Notes: generated by a model from the sequence alone, not told the origin. A DNA stretch of 63,377 nt, filler included, from Piptocephalis cylindrospora (GCA_003614145.1; 18 parts of 18 records of this genome joined end to end with filler, not necessarily neighbours in it); one strand, 5' to 3'. Positions 25,144 through 37,626 are shown, numbered from the whole stretch's first letter. Numbers and translations are program-made.

Positions 25144-27382
25144 ATGGACTGGGGGGATCCGGGAGTTCAGGGATCTGGGGATTTGGAGGAAAGATTCTAT
25201 GCCGCACTACGGGAACACGTCGTCTTCTTCCTCCTACTCCTCTTCCTCTTCCTTCCCTCCTATCGCATCATCCAGTACTTTCGGTACAAGGTCTCCCCGA
25301 TCTCCCCGGTCCCAACCCCCATTCCCACCACCCCCACCGGTATCCCGTATCTCCTTCCTCATCATCCCAGGTGGGGACACCATTCTCCCCCAAATGTCGG
25401 AAACGAATCGCCCCGGTGGGAAGAGGACCCACATAAAGTCCGTCAGCGTCTCCTCTTCTACTCATCTCCCCTGACCTCCTCGGATGAGGAGAGGGAAGAG
25501 GAGGAGGATCCACGGGATGCGAGAAATGGTCCGGGTGATTGGAGATCTCATTCCAAGTCCTCATCCCTCACTCAATCGCCCGATGAGGAGGGTGATGGAT
25601 TCGAGGGTGAAGGAGAAGCCCTTTCCGCCCTTCTTCCTCGCCTAACCCTTTCGTTCTCTCTCTCTTCTTCTCTCATCCAGGTACATTGATCCTCTCATTC
25701 TCCCTCTTTCCATCTTTTTAGCTCACTCTCTCTTCCTTCCCGCTTCACTTGAACAGATCATCTTAATGCCAGTGGCAGCAGCTTTGGGCCCCCTTTTGAA
25801 ACCCGGCCCTTTTTCAGGATCATGGGAATGGATGGACGAATCGCTACTACAAACTCTGGATGCTCAAGCAGCCCTTTTCTCCCATTCCACTTTACATCTT
25901 CTTTTGCCTATGGCCTACTTTTACCTGGAAACCCCAGGTCTTCCCACCATGTCTCGGGTTCGTCATGCCCTTCTCAATTACCTACTCGTTGCCTCACTCT
26001 CCCTAGTCCTCCTCTATGTCTTGGCCTCCTCTGTTGGCATCTCCACAGGAGGTAGCTTTCTGGGCGTGGCGGATGCCTGGACCGGCGTGATCATTGGTCT
26101 TCTGAGCCTTCGGGCCCTCCCTCGAGGCACAGCATCCCTCTTCACTAGGCTTCGTCGGATGCCCGTACGGCCCTGGTACCGAAGGGTAGCCACCCTTCAC
26201 CTAACCGAACTAGGATTCGAAGAGGCCGTGTGTCGGGGCAAGTATGACCGGGCAGTGCAACAACTTTACTCCTCATCTCCCCCCTATTCTCACTCTATTC
26301 CTCCTTCTTCGAACTACTCCGTCCCCCTCTCCCCTCCCTCCACTACCACCTACTCCCGGGAGAGCACTCGATCCATGGATGGGGATGGTCGGTCTCTCAG
26401 TCCGCCCTCCTCTAACCACCGAAGGAGCTCTACCTTGGGATTGTCCATGGAGAGTGAGACTTCCTCCAGTGAATTTCTCTCCCCCTACCGGGCCTCCTCT
26501 CGCTGTCGTCTATCAAAAAGAGGCGGGAAACACCGATCCAACATCACGGTGGAAAAGGTCAGGGATCTTAGAGCCAAGTGGAGACGTGTTCATCAAACCA
26601 AAATGCGGGCCCAACGAGAAATGGAGGTTTCCCCCCTACGGAGAAATACAGCTTTCCTCATCCTGTCTCTCCTGGCCTTTGTGGCCTGGGTCAGCCTAAT
26701 GGCTCGAGTGGCCCTAGCCCTAGTGGCAGGGTTTGCCGGTGATGAGGAAGAGGAAGGCGTGGAGGCTTGGGTCTTGGATCAACTGCAAACCCCACGACCC
26801 TTTCTCTTTGCTGGTATCCGTGCCCTTCTCGCCTTGTATTTTCTCTTGGTCTTTACTCTGGGCCTTTGGGAATCCCCACGCTTCCGTTCCCTTCGTCCTC
26901 GTCCTGGCCATACAAGTATGCGTGCCATTGTTGGGTGCGTCCTGCTCGCCGCCATTGCCAGTCGGGGTCTGGCCATCTGTGGTGGAATCCTAGGTGTAGG
27001 CCGGGATGTCATCGAAGGCTGGCAGAGCGTGGAGGAGGATATCATGGTTGTCGGTCAGAGTCAAGGCCTCCTTTCCATCTTTACTGGAACTGGAAACGCA
27101 TCCCCCGGGGGTGGAGACGCTGGTGGGTCGGTATGGGGGAAGGGATGGGTTGAGGCCTTGTATCGAGTGGGTATCCTCGTAGGAGCCAGTTACTCCATCC
27201 TGGACCAGACGCTTCTCTCACGCTTCCACACAGCTTTAACCGCCCAGCCAGAGGAGCAAAGTAAGGGCAGAGCGTCAAGAGAGGGCGGGGAGATGGAGAG
27301 TCAAGGCCGGTCGGGCGTATCACCGTCTCTCTCCTCCTCTGAGCGCTCCATCTCATCCATTTCTTCACGGGTACGAGGATAA
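25144..27382 (+). CDS. LMBR1/LMBR1L-family multipass membrane protein, 2 exons
   Basis: EERFYAALREHVVFFLLLLFLF, then an intron (~25681-25757), then WEWMDESLLQ...LLLPMAYFYLETPG...ALPRGTASLF...SPLRRN...SLRPRPGHTSMRAIV. This recalls the LMBR1-family pattern; recognised from memory, not by search. Confidence 0.7.
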
Positions 27383-27640
27383 AGGATAGTGGGGAGAGGG
27401 TTTTGCCTAGCCGCCTTACCTCTTCGTATTCTCCCTCTCGATCCATAAGGGCGCATATATACTGTACATTTTCTTGTCTCTTGATTCACGTACTCAGTAT
27501 TTTGTACCGCTTGTCCTAGTGCCTAGTATGCTAATATCGTCTCTTCATGCAGATTAAAAATAGGCCACAGTTCATTCACACATGGATGTCTGGGAGAACA
27601 TATATTAAAAAAGTGTCGATCACCCCCCTCCCCATCCCAT

Positions 27641-28228
27641 CTAGGCCTTGAGGTCCTTGCCCTTGGGGATGTATTGGACCAGACGTCGGGCAAAGGACTC
27701 TCCTTGGGCTACGGCAATGGCAAGCTCCTTCTCGGATGGCTGACGGGAACCGTCACCTCCAGCTATCGTCCCAGCTCCATAAGCACTGCCTCCCACCACC
27801 TCGGTGTTATCCGTGAGGGCCGGATGAGTGTACCCAAGAGGCACATAGGTTATACCGTGATGCGCTAGGGTCGTGAGGAAGGTCAGAGCTGTAGTCTCCT
27901 GGCCTCCATGCTGCGAGGCCGTCGAGAAAAAGGTTCCAGCTACCTTGCCCACCAGGGCCCCCTTGGCCCACAGACCCCCGGTATGATCCCAAAAGGCCCT
28001 CCACTGAGCTGGGGAGTTTCCGTACCGAGTGGGAATGCCAAAGAGGAATCCATCGTAGCTGGGCAAGTCAGCCGGGTTGAAAATTGGTACATCTGGCTTG
28101 GGTGGAGCGTGCATCAAAGTCAGTACCTCCTCGGGCAAGGTCTCGGCAATTTGTGTTAAAGTCACCTCAACCCCATCCACCCTCTCAGCCCCTTCCTTCA
28201 GTGCCTGAGCTAACTTGTACACATGTCC
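27641..28228 (-). CDS. WrbA/Pst2/Ycp4-type flavodoxin-like NAD(P)H:quinone oxidoreductase (5'-truncated)
   Basis: ETLPEEVL...YDGFLFGIPTRYG...FWDHTGGLW...GTFFSTASQHGGQETT...GGSAYGAGTIAGGDGSRQPSEKEL. Confidence 0.95.
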   Translation of the reverse strand, partial: GHVYKLAQALKEGAERVDGVEVTLTQIAETLPEEVLTLMHAPPKPDVPIFNPADLPSYDGFLFGIPTRYGNSPAQWRAFWDHTGGLWAKGALVGKVAGTFFSTASQHGGQETTALTFLTTLAHHGITYVPLGYTHPALTDNTEVVGGSAYGAGTIAGGDGSRQPSEKELAIAVAQGESFARRLVQYIPKGKDLKA

Positions 28229-28621
28229 NNNNNNNNNNNNNNNNNNNNNNNNNNNNNNNNNNNNNNNNNNNNTTAATTAATTAANNNNNNNNNNNNNNNN
28301 NNNNNNNNNNNNNNNNNNNNNNNNNNNNCCTCCTCTTGAATATTCCTTCCCCCTACGACTCGGTCATCCCATTATCTAGTCTCTTCTACTACTACTTTCT
28401 CTTCTTCTTTTTCTTCAACACCAACACCATCAACAACAACACGCTATCTTCTGTGTTTCACACCCCCTTTCCCCCTTCCTTACCGCCTTTTTTGTCTACA
28501 AAACTCACTTCTCAGCTGCGCTGATCTTACTCCCTACCAAGTAATTAATCCATTACCTAGTCCTTCGCCTCGGTCCTTCAACTCTGTCCTCACTCTATTA
28601 TACTTTAGCCTCTTCAATCTC

Positions 28622-29737
28622 ATGTCAGGATGGGGTCCCCAGAAGACAGGGCCAGGATCATCCGACTCGACCAGTCAACACTCCAAGGATGAGCAAAGGA
28701 TATCTACAGAACTCAATGTCCTGAACCCCATTGTTCCCCCGGTTCCATCCTCTCCTCCTCCGGGATCCTCCACGTTCTTCTCCTCTTCTACCTCCTCCAC
28801 AGTTACCCCGCACATCCCCGCATCCCCTAACCCTGCCTACTCTCGTCGGGGCACTCCCTCAATTCTCACGTACAAATCGGATCAATCATCAGGTGATGCG
28901 GGGAGATCTTCCCAGACCGAATCCCGTCCTCTCTACTCCTCGCACATTCACTCGAAGAATGGACGGTCCCGATCGAGCCATCACACGGGGACCCGATCGC
29001 ATCATGGGACCGGGAGTAGGAGTACCCATGGGCCAGGGACACAGTCCGGGCATGGAGGAGGAATGAGTCATACCCACTCCAACCTGTCGGCCGCCCCCTC
29101 CATGCCTCCCTACAACAACAGGTCGCCCATGCAAAATAACCTGTCAATGTTATGCTCTGCAGGCCCCATCATCCTCTTCCCCCTTGGCTGTCTCGTCATC
29201 CTCATTGCCTTTATAATCCTCGCCATTATTTCCCCCGCTTCCATGTCCCCATCAGGAGGGGGCTTTGGAGTGGCCTCAATCCTCCCCATCCCTGCGGCCA
29301 TCCTCCTGGTCATCTCCCTGTTCATTACCTCCCGGACCATCCGGCGGAGACGTGAGATTATTCGTGTCCTTCAGGAGCAAGAACGGGAACGAGAACGGAG
29401 TTATCGGGAGCGGGAGCGGGAGAAGCAAAAGCAGCGTGCTGATCGGGAGAGAAAACGTCGAAAGCAGATGCTGGAGGAGGGTGATGAAGGGGAAGACGGG
29501 GATGAGGAAGGATGGGAAGCAGGGGCACGGAGTAGAGGAGACAGTGGGTATCATCGTGGGAGATCACGATCAAATCCACACGTTGAGGCTATGTCTGGCC
29601 GTTCTCGATCAGGTAGTCGGGGTTCAGTCCCAGGTCACTCCCACACACCCCCACCCATGCCTAGAACCTTGCCTCCTGTGGCAATGTCCTCCCCATCCAA
29701 ACTTCCTGATTTCCCCGTGGATCGATCCTATGTGTGA
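28622..29737 (+). CDS. Hypothetical 2-TM protein with low-complexity flanks and a charged coiled coil
   Basis: 371-aa single ORF with two strong hydrophobic helices, an R/E-rich segment and His/Gly/Ser repeats. No family recognised. Confidence 0.65.
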   Translation: MSGWGPQKTGPGSSDSTSQHSKDEQRISTELNVLNPIVPPVPSSPPPGSSTFFSSSTSSTVTPHIPASPNPAYSRRGTPSILTYKSDQSSGDAGRSSQTESRPLYSSHIHSKNGRSRSSHHTGTRSHHGTGSRSTHGPGTQSGHGGGMSHTHSNLSAAPSMPPYNNRSPMQNNLSMLCSAGPIILFPLGCLVILIAFIILAIISPASMSPSGGGFGVASILPIPAAILLVISLFITSRTIRRRREIIRVLQEQERERERSYREREREKQKQRADRERKRRKQMLEEGDEGEDGDEEGWEAGARSRGDSGYHRGRSRSNPHVEAMSGRSRSGSRGSVPGHSHTPPPMPRTLPPVAMSSPSKLPDFPVDRSYV

Positions 29738-31875
29738 TCCTTTGTGTGATCCTTTACCCAAAGTGCATCCTTACGTTTATGTATCCCTGTTGTGGTTGTC
29801 AGAATGTGGGTTGTTTAGATGACCCTGTGTCCACTGATAGAGAGTTGGACCATTTTTTCTTCTTCCTTTCCTCTTCCTCTTCTTTTATTTTCTCTTGTAT
29901 TTATTGGACTGGACCATGACCAATGCTTAATGTGTCTCTGCGCAGATTTATGAGAGCCTGTGCAAGGTGACATATTGAGCCAAAAAGCTGAAACCTCATC
30001 CTCTCATCCTGAATATATCTAGGTGGGTCGGGTTTAAGATATCCACTGAAATCTCCTCCTCCCCCCTGGATAAACCCTTTGATCAGTACAACAGCTGAAG
30101 CCTCCTTCTCCTGGATAAAAATCATGTTTCCTTTGGGTGGGTGGTTACACTATGTGAACCTTATCTATGAGAGGGGATCGCGCTGTGAGGACACACCAGA
30201 AAGACCAAGTCGGTCTAGGTTCAGATCCAGGCCCTTGCTTTGCACTGTTCCTCTTCAAGTGTCAAAAAGGTTCTAAAAATAACCAAGTTATTTTCCCTTT
30301 GCTCAAATCGTCATTGAAGGTAAGAGTCACGAGGGAAAGGATGGGTGAGAGAGTGGGGTCATTGGCGGATATAAAAAGAGTCGTTGTCTCTGTGTCGGAG
30401 TGAAGGGATACATGTCTGAGTGAAAGGATACACGCCTGAGTGGCATGATCAATAGAGACGTCTTCGTGTGCGTGCAGAGACCCTTCTATGCAGGATGTCT
30501 CAATGCGTGCCAAGCCTTGCATTGAACCTGGCCCCTAGATGTCATCAAGCCCCCCCTCTCCCCCCTCGTCCTTTCCTCAATAGGTATGTGAGGTGCGGGC
30601 AGTCACTTCTGTCCAAAAAACCCAAGTGGCGTAAGTGGTACTTCATCCTCATGAAGCTCGGGTCACAAGGAAGACAATTCCTTCTTTTCGGATGAGGAAA
30701 GACTCCGTGGCGCATGAATCCTGGGTCCCATCATGTCATTTTCAGTCACAGGCATTGTCAAGAAAAATGCCCTTCCCTATCTTGTGTCCCCGACGATACT
30801 CTGTGTCCACTGTCAGGATCTCCCGTGTCCTCTACCGATGCTCTGTACCATCTTGCTTGGAAGGGGATGAGGGAGCTGCAGAACAAAGGGATACATTCGA
30901 ATGTCTGACCTCTGTTCCGCTCACAACAATAATATCACACTTGGGAGAGACAGGAGAGCTTTACCCACTTTAGATCAACCTAATCGAGCTTGGTTAGCAC
31001 AAGCACAATTCATCTTCACCTGGACAAACCTATAGACAACCTGGACAACCCATTCACAACCTGGAGAGCATCGCTCATCCCTGGTCTGGAAATAGCACGG
31101 GGGCTATCGACATCCCACCCGCACACACACACATACACATATCACCGCTCTGTCTCTGATTGTTGGCGTACACGTGCGGTATGAGGCAGCATTCATTCTC
31201 TCTGTCCCCGCTCTCTACCCGCCCACCCTTCATCCGCCCACACTCTCCCCTTCGGAGTATGGACGTGTGTCCCTCTCTCGGGTCGGAGATGACCCCAAAA
31301 TTAGCGTTACATCCTCACTATCCCCGACTGCTGCTGTCCCTTTGTTCCTCTCAGTATGATTGTGGAGAGAGAGGGGGGGACCTCCAGACCGCAGGGGACC
31401 ACCTCACCACCGGATCTCATCCTTCCCGTTCTGTACTGGAACCCAACACCCACACGTCTCTCCCCTACACACTGGGCGTGTCTTTGGCCCTCATAGTCAT
31501 CACCATCTTTCTTGCTCGATTTACCATCCTATCGCCTCATCATCCCGCCTTGCTTTACCTGCAGGATACCATCCATATTTACGCACACACATACGCACAT
31601 CTGCCTCATTGACGCAACCCCAGATCGCCTATAAATACTCTGGCCTTTGCCTGGTCGTGACCTGGTCACGCCCCTCCCCTCCCCCCTATTTCCCCTGTCA
31701 TTTTCTTTTTCTTCTCCTCCTCTCCCTCCCTCTCGCCTCCCCCCCCCCTCTTCTCGCGCCTTTCTCCTTCATTCTNNNNNNNNNNNNNNNNNNNNNNNNN
31801 NNNNNNNNNNNNNNNNNNNTTAATTAATTAANNNNNNNNNNNNNNNNNNNNNNNNNNNNNNNNNNNNNNNNNNNN

Positions 31876-32026
31876 CCCAGGGTAGCAACGACGAGCTATA
31901 GGACAGGAGGAGATGGGATGAGATGAGATGAGATAGATGAGGCACCAAACCATAGAGGGACAAAAGAGCACCACTCACGTATTCGTTGGCAATCTTGCGT
32001 CCGGCAATCAGGTAGTAACCGCCCAT
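31876..32026 (-). CDS. ATP19: Mitochondrial ATP synthase subunit k, N-terminal part
   Basis: MGGYYLIAGRKIANEY^(gtgagt...atag)LVVATLG, matching the fungal subunit-k N-terminus pattern; cut by the linker. Confidence 0.7.
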
Positions 32027-32885
32027 GATGTCTTGAAGAGCTTGATGAAGGAGGGAAAGGGGGAGGGGGATTCAGGAAAGAGAGTCGAGTCGCGCGTACA
32101 GTGTGGAAAGAACGACGAGGAGGAGAAACAAAGGGAAAAGGGAGGAGGGGGAAAGGGAGAAGGGGCTTTGGCGCTGTCCATGAAAGGCGCGCTACCGCTT
32201 GCTTGGGGGAGTGCAGCACACACCCAGAGAGGCCTATATTTCAGCTCCTGTTGTTAGGTGTGAGCGAGAGCATAGGGAGAAAGGTGGTGGAGGAGGACCC
32301 GGATGGTCTTCCGAATGACCCGAAATTGGCTGAATTGGTTAAAAATGTAAATATGCGTGTGCATATTTGAAGAATGGATGAGAGATCAATCTCGGGACAC
32401 AAGCAGCTATCCAAATGAGGGTGATCAGTGCACTGAAAGAGAGAGAGAGAGGACAGATACTACTTATTTTTAGGTACGGGCCGTATACACTGTTTATTCA
32501 TCCATTCATTCATCATGCCCTCGAAAGTGACCGAGACTCCCCGTGTATGCTTGCCAGCCAAAGGCGTAATCAGCTCCTCCAACACAGCACATTTGGTCTC
32601 TATCACGATCAGACATGCCTCCATGGATTCCTTGGTAGATTGAGCAAACCGGTTCAGTGCTCATATAATTTTTGGGATGGCAAAGGCCAAAAAATCGATA
32701 GACGAAGCTCTTACCTCCATCCACTCCCCAGCATGAATCCTCCCCACGTTGGTGGGATCAATAAGGAGGACCCATTTCCCACCACCCAAGGAGCGGGGTG
32801 TGAGGAGAGGGGTTTCAAACTCCATTCTGTCCTGGATTCATCTTCCTCCCTTCCTTTCGTTCTCCATCGTTAGCTCCCCATCATC

Positions 32886-33674
32886 ATGCCCTCCATCCTC
32901 ATCTTGGTCACACCTAGAATTGACGCAGCAGCCCGAAAGGCCTTGATTGTCCTAAGTTCCAACGTGGACTTTTGCCTAGCCTTACGTCGACGACTCCCCT
33001 TCCTCTCCAGTAGCCAGACCTCTACGGAGACCCAGGACGCCTCAGAACCCCACGGGATCCCCTTTGAACTCTTGGAGGACCTTTCCAAGCACATGTTGGC
33101 CTGGGAGCGAGGGAATGGACAATTGACCAAGGGTCAGTAGTGTCTCAAGTTGATGTGAGCGGTGATGAGACTCATCCCATCCCATCTCATCTCCTTCTAT
33201 CCAGGAAACTCAGATTACTTTTTACATGAACTCCTTCGTGGATCGAGAATCTTTTCTCCAAAGTCCCCGGCATTGACGGAAAGGTCCGAGGAGCTGTCCG
33301 CACGACTGGATCGGATTCAGACCATCAATGCCAATGCCGAGTATACACAGATGGTCCAGGGGATCTTGCCCCATGAGAATGAGAGTATTGCGGATATCCG
33401 ATCGACCAACCAGCAGCTCGCTGCCATCCTCAATGTCTTCTTCTCGGTGATGGCCGTGGCCACGGCCGTGTACTGGGTGTCCGCGACCATCACGTCGGAC
33501 GTGGCCATCCGGGTTCTCTTATCTCTGACTGGGGCATTGATCATCCTCTCTGCTGAAGTGTGGTTCTTTGTCCGGTACGAGACCCGTCGAGGGTACCGAC
33601 CCGTCGGTTCCGGCGATCCTAGTCCTTCCACCAATGCGATGATGTCCCCTTCCATCCAGGCCTTTGTCCGATGA
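32886..33674 (+). CDS. VMA12: V-ATPase assembly factor Vma12/TMEM199, 2 exons
   Basis: LHELLRGSRIFSP...RSEELSARLDRI...EYTQMV...QQLAAILNVFFSV...RVLLSLTGALIILSAEVWFF. Confidence 0.88.
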
Positions 33675-34103
33675 GATGAATAAGAGCAGAAGGAGAAGGA
33701 GGAGAGAGAGATGGCCTAGGTATAAAGATGTATTCAAACTATACGGTGCTTAAATGATCTTGACTGCAATGACTCTTCCCAGTATGAGCCCACCAGGGCG
33801 GATGTACTAGGCCATTTACTTTATGACTCTAAAAATTAAATCAGGGCTTAGCCATTTCAATAAATGTATGTGTGTGTGTGTCTGTTCTGTCTGCCGGTCT
33901 GCACGTACTATGACACTATCAGGGTAGTGTGGCGGCGCACTTTCACTGACTCTCCAGGATACAGGATAAACGGCGGCTGATCTCGGGGCACAGGGCATTG
34001 CCTCTCCTCCACCCTTACCCTACCCTCCCCTTCTCTACACAAACAGCACGCGTCTTGTCCTTGACCACAATCCCCCAAAGATCCTGCTTAAAAGACCATA
34101 ATC

Positions 34104-34375
34104 ATGTCTCTACCTATCACCAGTAGGTTGGCCGATTTAGCTCAGAAGACCATTGTCCTGTCCCTAGTGGGGATCTCGGTGTACGCCTTTGTCGGGACTG
34201 GAGCCCTGGTGAGTAATCGTATTGAGTTGGCCAAGCAGCGCAAAGTGGAACGAGAGAAGGTAAGTGGGGGATGGGACGAACTGGGACGAGATGATGGCTG
34301 TACGGAGGTGCACGACTAACTTTTCGCCCATAGGAGGAAGCTGAGCAAAGAAATATCTCTGTAGAGAAGCCATGA
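34104..34375 (+). CDS. COX14: Cytochrome c oxidase assembly protein Cox14-like, 2 exons
   Basis: About 65 aa: SRLADLAQKTIVLSLVGISVYA (single TM) plus a charged tail. Intron gtaagt...catag; TGA at 34373-34375. Confidence 0.65.
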
Positions 34376-34786
34376 TAATGCAGGAAAGAGGACCGATCGT
34401 CCTGATGTTATTACTGTTGGCTTGCCATGCTGTTGTTTACCCTCATCCATCCCTTGTGTTATGCAGCGAATGAATGATTCAATGCTGGGAGGACAATGAA
34501 TAGAAACCAAAATCCCGTTGGTTCATCAGTGAGCAATGTTACTTGTTGATGTATGCGACGATTTATCTGGCCATGCTTCATGGCTGGCCCATGAGATGGT
34601 GGTTTATCAGTGAACACGTATTCCGATCCATGAAATGGCTCATCCATAGGCATTGACTGTTCATCCATGTCCACTCACTCACTGACCCCCACGCTGTCGT
34701 CTAGTTTCTTTGGATGGATCATCATCTCACGCTTTCTCTTATTCTTTTTGCCTCGTCCATGCCTCCGCCATCATTGCTCTCCTCTC

Positions 34787-35311
34787 TTAAACAGCGTATC
34801 CAACCATGTTCCACCGCCCAATCATCTCACCCACTAGGAAGAAGGTGGCCACCTCCCCGGTGACCACGGCAGCCCGACCCACGTCCCGAAGACTCATCTC
34901 CCGGATGGCACGCCAGTGAAAGGCATCGACGGCCTGAGCCCGGGCTGCGTCCCACTGAGCAGCGGAGGGGGGAGCCAGCTGCTCCCGACGCCATACCTCC
35001 TTGACCAACTCCTTGGCGACCCGACCGTTAAACAGGGCCTTTTCCACGGTCCCAGCATACTTGGTCGAGGCGGCCTGGGTAGAGATGCCAGAGGAGAGCT
35101 TGGTAGCGGCCTCAGAAGCCATCTTGGAGGCGGAGCCCAGGGCGTCCGAGGCAGCGGCCAGAGATTTTTGAGCCGTGGGTGAAGCCAGAGTATCGGTGGC
35201 GAACTTGGTGGCCGAGTTCAGGGCACCGGAAGCGGCCGACGTGGCCGATTTGACATTGGCCGTGGAGAAGGAGGATTTGGCTACTCTGAGGAATTGCGAG
35301 GCGGCTGACAT
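34787..35311 (-). CDS. ATP20: Mitochondrial ATP synthase subunit g
   Basis: RVAKELVKEVWRREQLAPPS...GEVATFFLVGEMIGRWNMVGY (subunit g signature) with a presequence-like N-terminus. Confidence 0.93.
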   Translation of the reverse strand: MSAASQFLRVAKSSFSTANVKSATSAASGALNSATKFATDTLASPTAQKSLAAASDALGSASKMASEAATKLSSGISTQAASTKYAGTVEKALFNGRVAKELVKEVWRREQLAPPSAAQWDAARAQAVDAFHWRAIREMSLRDVGRAAVVTGEVATFFLVGEMIGRWNMVGYAV

Positions 35312-35420
35312 GATGAGACGNNNNNNNNNNNNNNNNNNNNNNNNNNNNNNNNNNNNNNNNNNNNTTAATTAATTAANNNNNNNNNNNNNNNNNNNNNNNN
35401 NNNNNNNNNNNNNNNNNNNN

Positions 35421-35434
35421 CGCTCTTCCGATCT
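35421..35434. other. Illumina adapter remnant (CGCTCTTCCGATCT)
   Basis: Exact match to the 3' end of the TruSeq read primer at the contig start. Confidence 0.9.
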
Positions 35435-36146
35435 GTATGTGTCAAGGCCCGAGGTGGGTTCGTCTAGGAAGAGGATGGAGGGATTGGTGACTCTATAAAG
35501 AGGATGATGATGAGTAGGGATGGTAATGTAGATGGAAACTGGAGCACACGTACAATTCCATGGAGATACTGGCACGCTTGCGCTCCCCTCCACTGACACC
35601 CTTGGTTTGTGGGCTCCCGATGATGGTGTCGGCGGCCCCGGTCAACTGCATGAGATCGAGGATTTCGTCTACTCGCTGCAGCTTTCCGGCCCGATCGACC
35701 GATGGAGGGATCCTCAGAAGAGCGCTCATGGTGACGGCCTCCCGTACCGTCATGGTTTCCAGGATCACATCGTCCTGCTGGACGAAACCAGTGAGCTCCC
35801 GAACATCCTTACCCTTGACCTCTTCCCCGTTAATATGGATCTGGCCGTTCATGGACCCTGTGCGGGCCTCACCGGATAAAACATTGAGTAAACTAGTTTT
35901 TCCGGCGCCTGAGGCACCCAAGATGACGGTGAATCGTCCAGGTCTCAGGACTCCAGTCACATCCTTGAGGATGCGCTTTTCCTTGACCATGTTCTTCTTG
36001 CTCCCCTTGAGCTGGACCCAGTAGGAAAGATCACGGAATGTGATGGCCATCTGCTGTTCCTTGGACAGCTGCCTAGCGCTCTGCGGCAGGTCGATTTTAG
36101 GAGAGGCATCCGACTTGAATGTAGCGCTACTCGATACAGTAGCCAT
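35435..36146 (-). CDS. ABCG (White-type) transporter, N-terminal NBD (3'-truncated)
   Basis: ITFRDLSY, GASGAGKTSLLN, GFVQQDD, TVRE, GVSGGERKRASI, then after an intron VTNPSILFLDEPTSGLD. Confidence 0.93.
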
Positions 36147-37626
36147 GGTTTAATGAGAGTGGATGGCGGAATAAGAGTGAGTTTGCAAGGATGAGGATGA
36201 TTATGTCTACTAGTAGACAATGATTTCCAAGACGGGGAGGCGGATGAAGGCTTAATGCTAGGAACAGGGCAGAATGGAAGGAAGGAATAGTTCTTGAATG
36301 ATGAGCGTAGTTTTTGCATTGAAGCGGGAAATGACATAGACTTTAAGTACCTGAATAAGAAGTCCTACATGGTAACTCCCAGATGATGGGATGCGTCAAG
36401 GTGATTAGCGGGAATATTACATATCAAGGGGCACAATAAAGAAAAAGAGTCCCAATGAGAGACATTGCGTGCTTGGAGCGTACCTATCAGATAAAATGGG
36501 ATGATTCCTCTCTCGCTCCCATTTTCCTACGTCTGCTTCATGACTAGAAATGAGTTCATGCGCAAGGGACCTCCTTCTGTGGAAGGGCCCCGTCGGACCA
36601 ATCGCTTATTAGGATGATGCCATACTTTATTAGGTATAGGGGAGACTATAGGGGATTGTAGGGGATTGTCTGGTTGACAAGCAAGGAGCCTTGATAGGGA
36701 GCGCTGTGTCATGATGTTGCTAGACAAGAAGGGTGAGATCTGTGATTGACTATGTAGGGTTTCCCGCAAAAAGCAGCCATCAACTCTATCCGAAAAATCC
36801 CGAAGAATTATGATCTCTTATTGACTCTGACTAAACAGACATTGAGTATCCTTGTGCTGGTCAATGTCCATTGGCAGGTCAGACACACCAGATCGGCATT
36901 CTCTGACATGGGGTAGGGGCAAGTGGGATCGGTTCTGATAGAGAATGAGTCAAACTGACGACCATCTGGCTGCATCCTGGATCCTACTGTAGATGCGGAG
37001 TTGCTCTGATTAGTGTAGACGTATCCTCGGAATGTGTGAATCTTTCACCAAGCCCGACCCTAGCGTCGGGATGGGGCGACGCGTTCACTGAGAGGCGTAG
37101 GAGACTTCCTGTAGGGATCCCATGCTCAATAGCATTAAAAAACCTCGGGTCCGCACCAGTTCTGAGAAACCGTTCATCCGGCCTTATCTTTAAGCACTAG
37201 AGATTGACGGTTGTCCTTTGTCAAAAATAGAAGGCCTCTCTCCGCTTTGAACCAAGTGCTAAGGGAAGACATCCATCATCAAAGGCAAAGACAAGGAAAT
37301 TGTCAGATCCGCTTTCGTCCAACTGCCATGTCTCACTCAGCTCTACTGCTTTACGTTTATCTAGAGCTAGTCACTTGATTTTCAACATGTCCGCCATGTC
37401 TTGATTACTGGGGAGAACTCTGGCCATTCAAACAAACAACGCACATATTGGGTTCTAGGGTAGAAATCCCCTATCAAAAGGCAATGAGCATTCCAACTTT
37501 CTTCAACATCTTCACTGGACCTATACATCCTCCAAGGAATGTAAGCATGAAGTATTAGGTAGTGAGATGGTCTGAAGAGGTAAGCACCGTCCCTTCCCCA
37601 TGACGGGCGAGACATCTAAAACTAGA

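Noticed and set aside
36493..37265. Several short hairpins between ABCG and LDAH (aaaatggga/tcccatttt, gacattga/tcaatgtc, cccgac/gtcggg)
   Set aside because: No RNase P/MRP, SRP, U3 or snRNA consensus was found, and 6-9 bp stems at this density are not clearly above chance.
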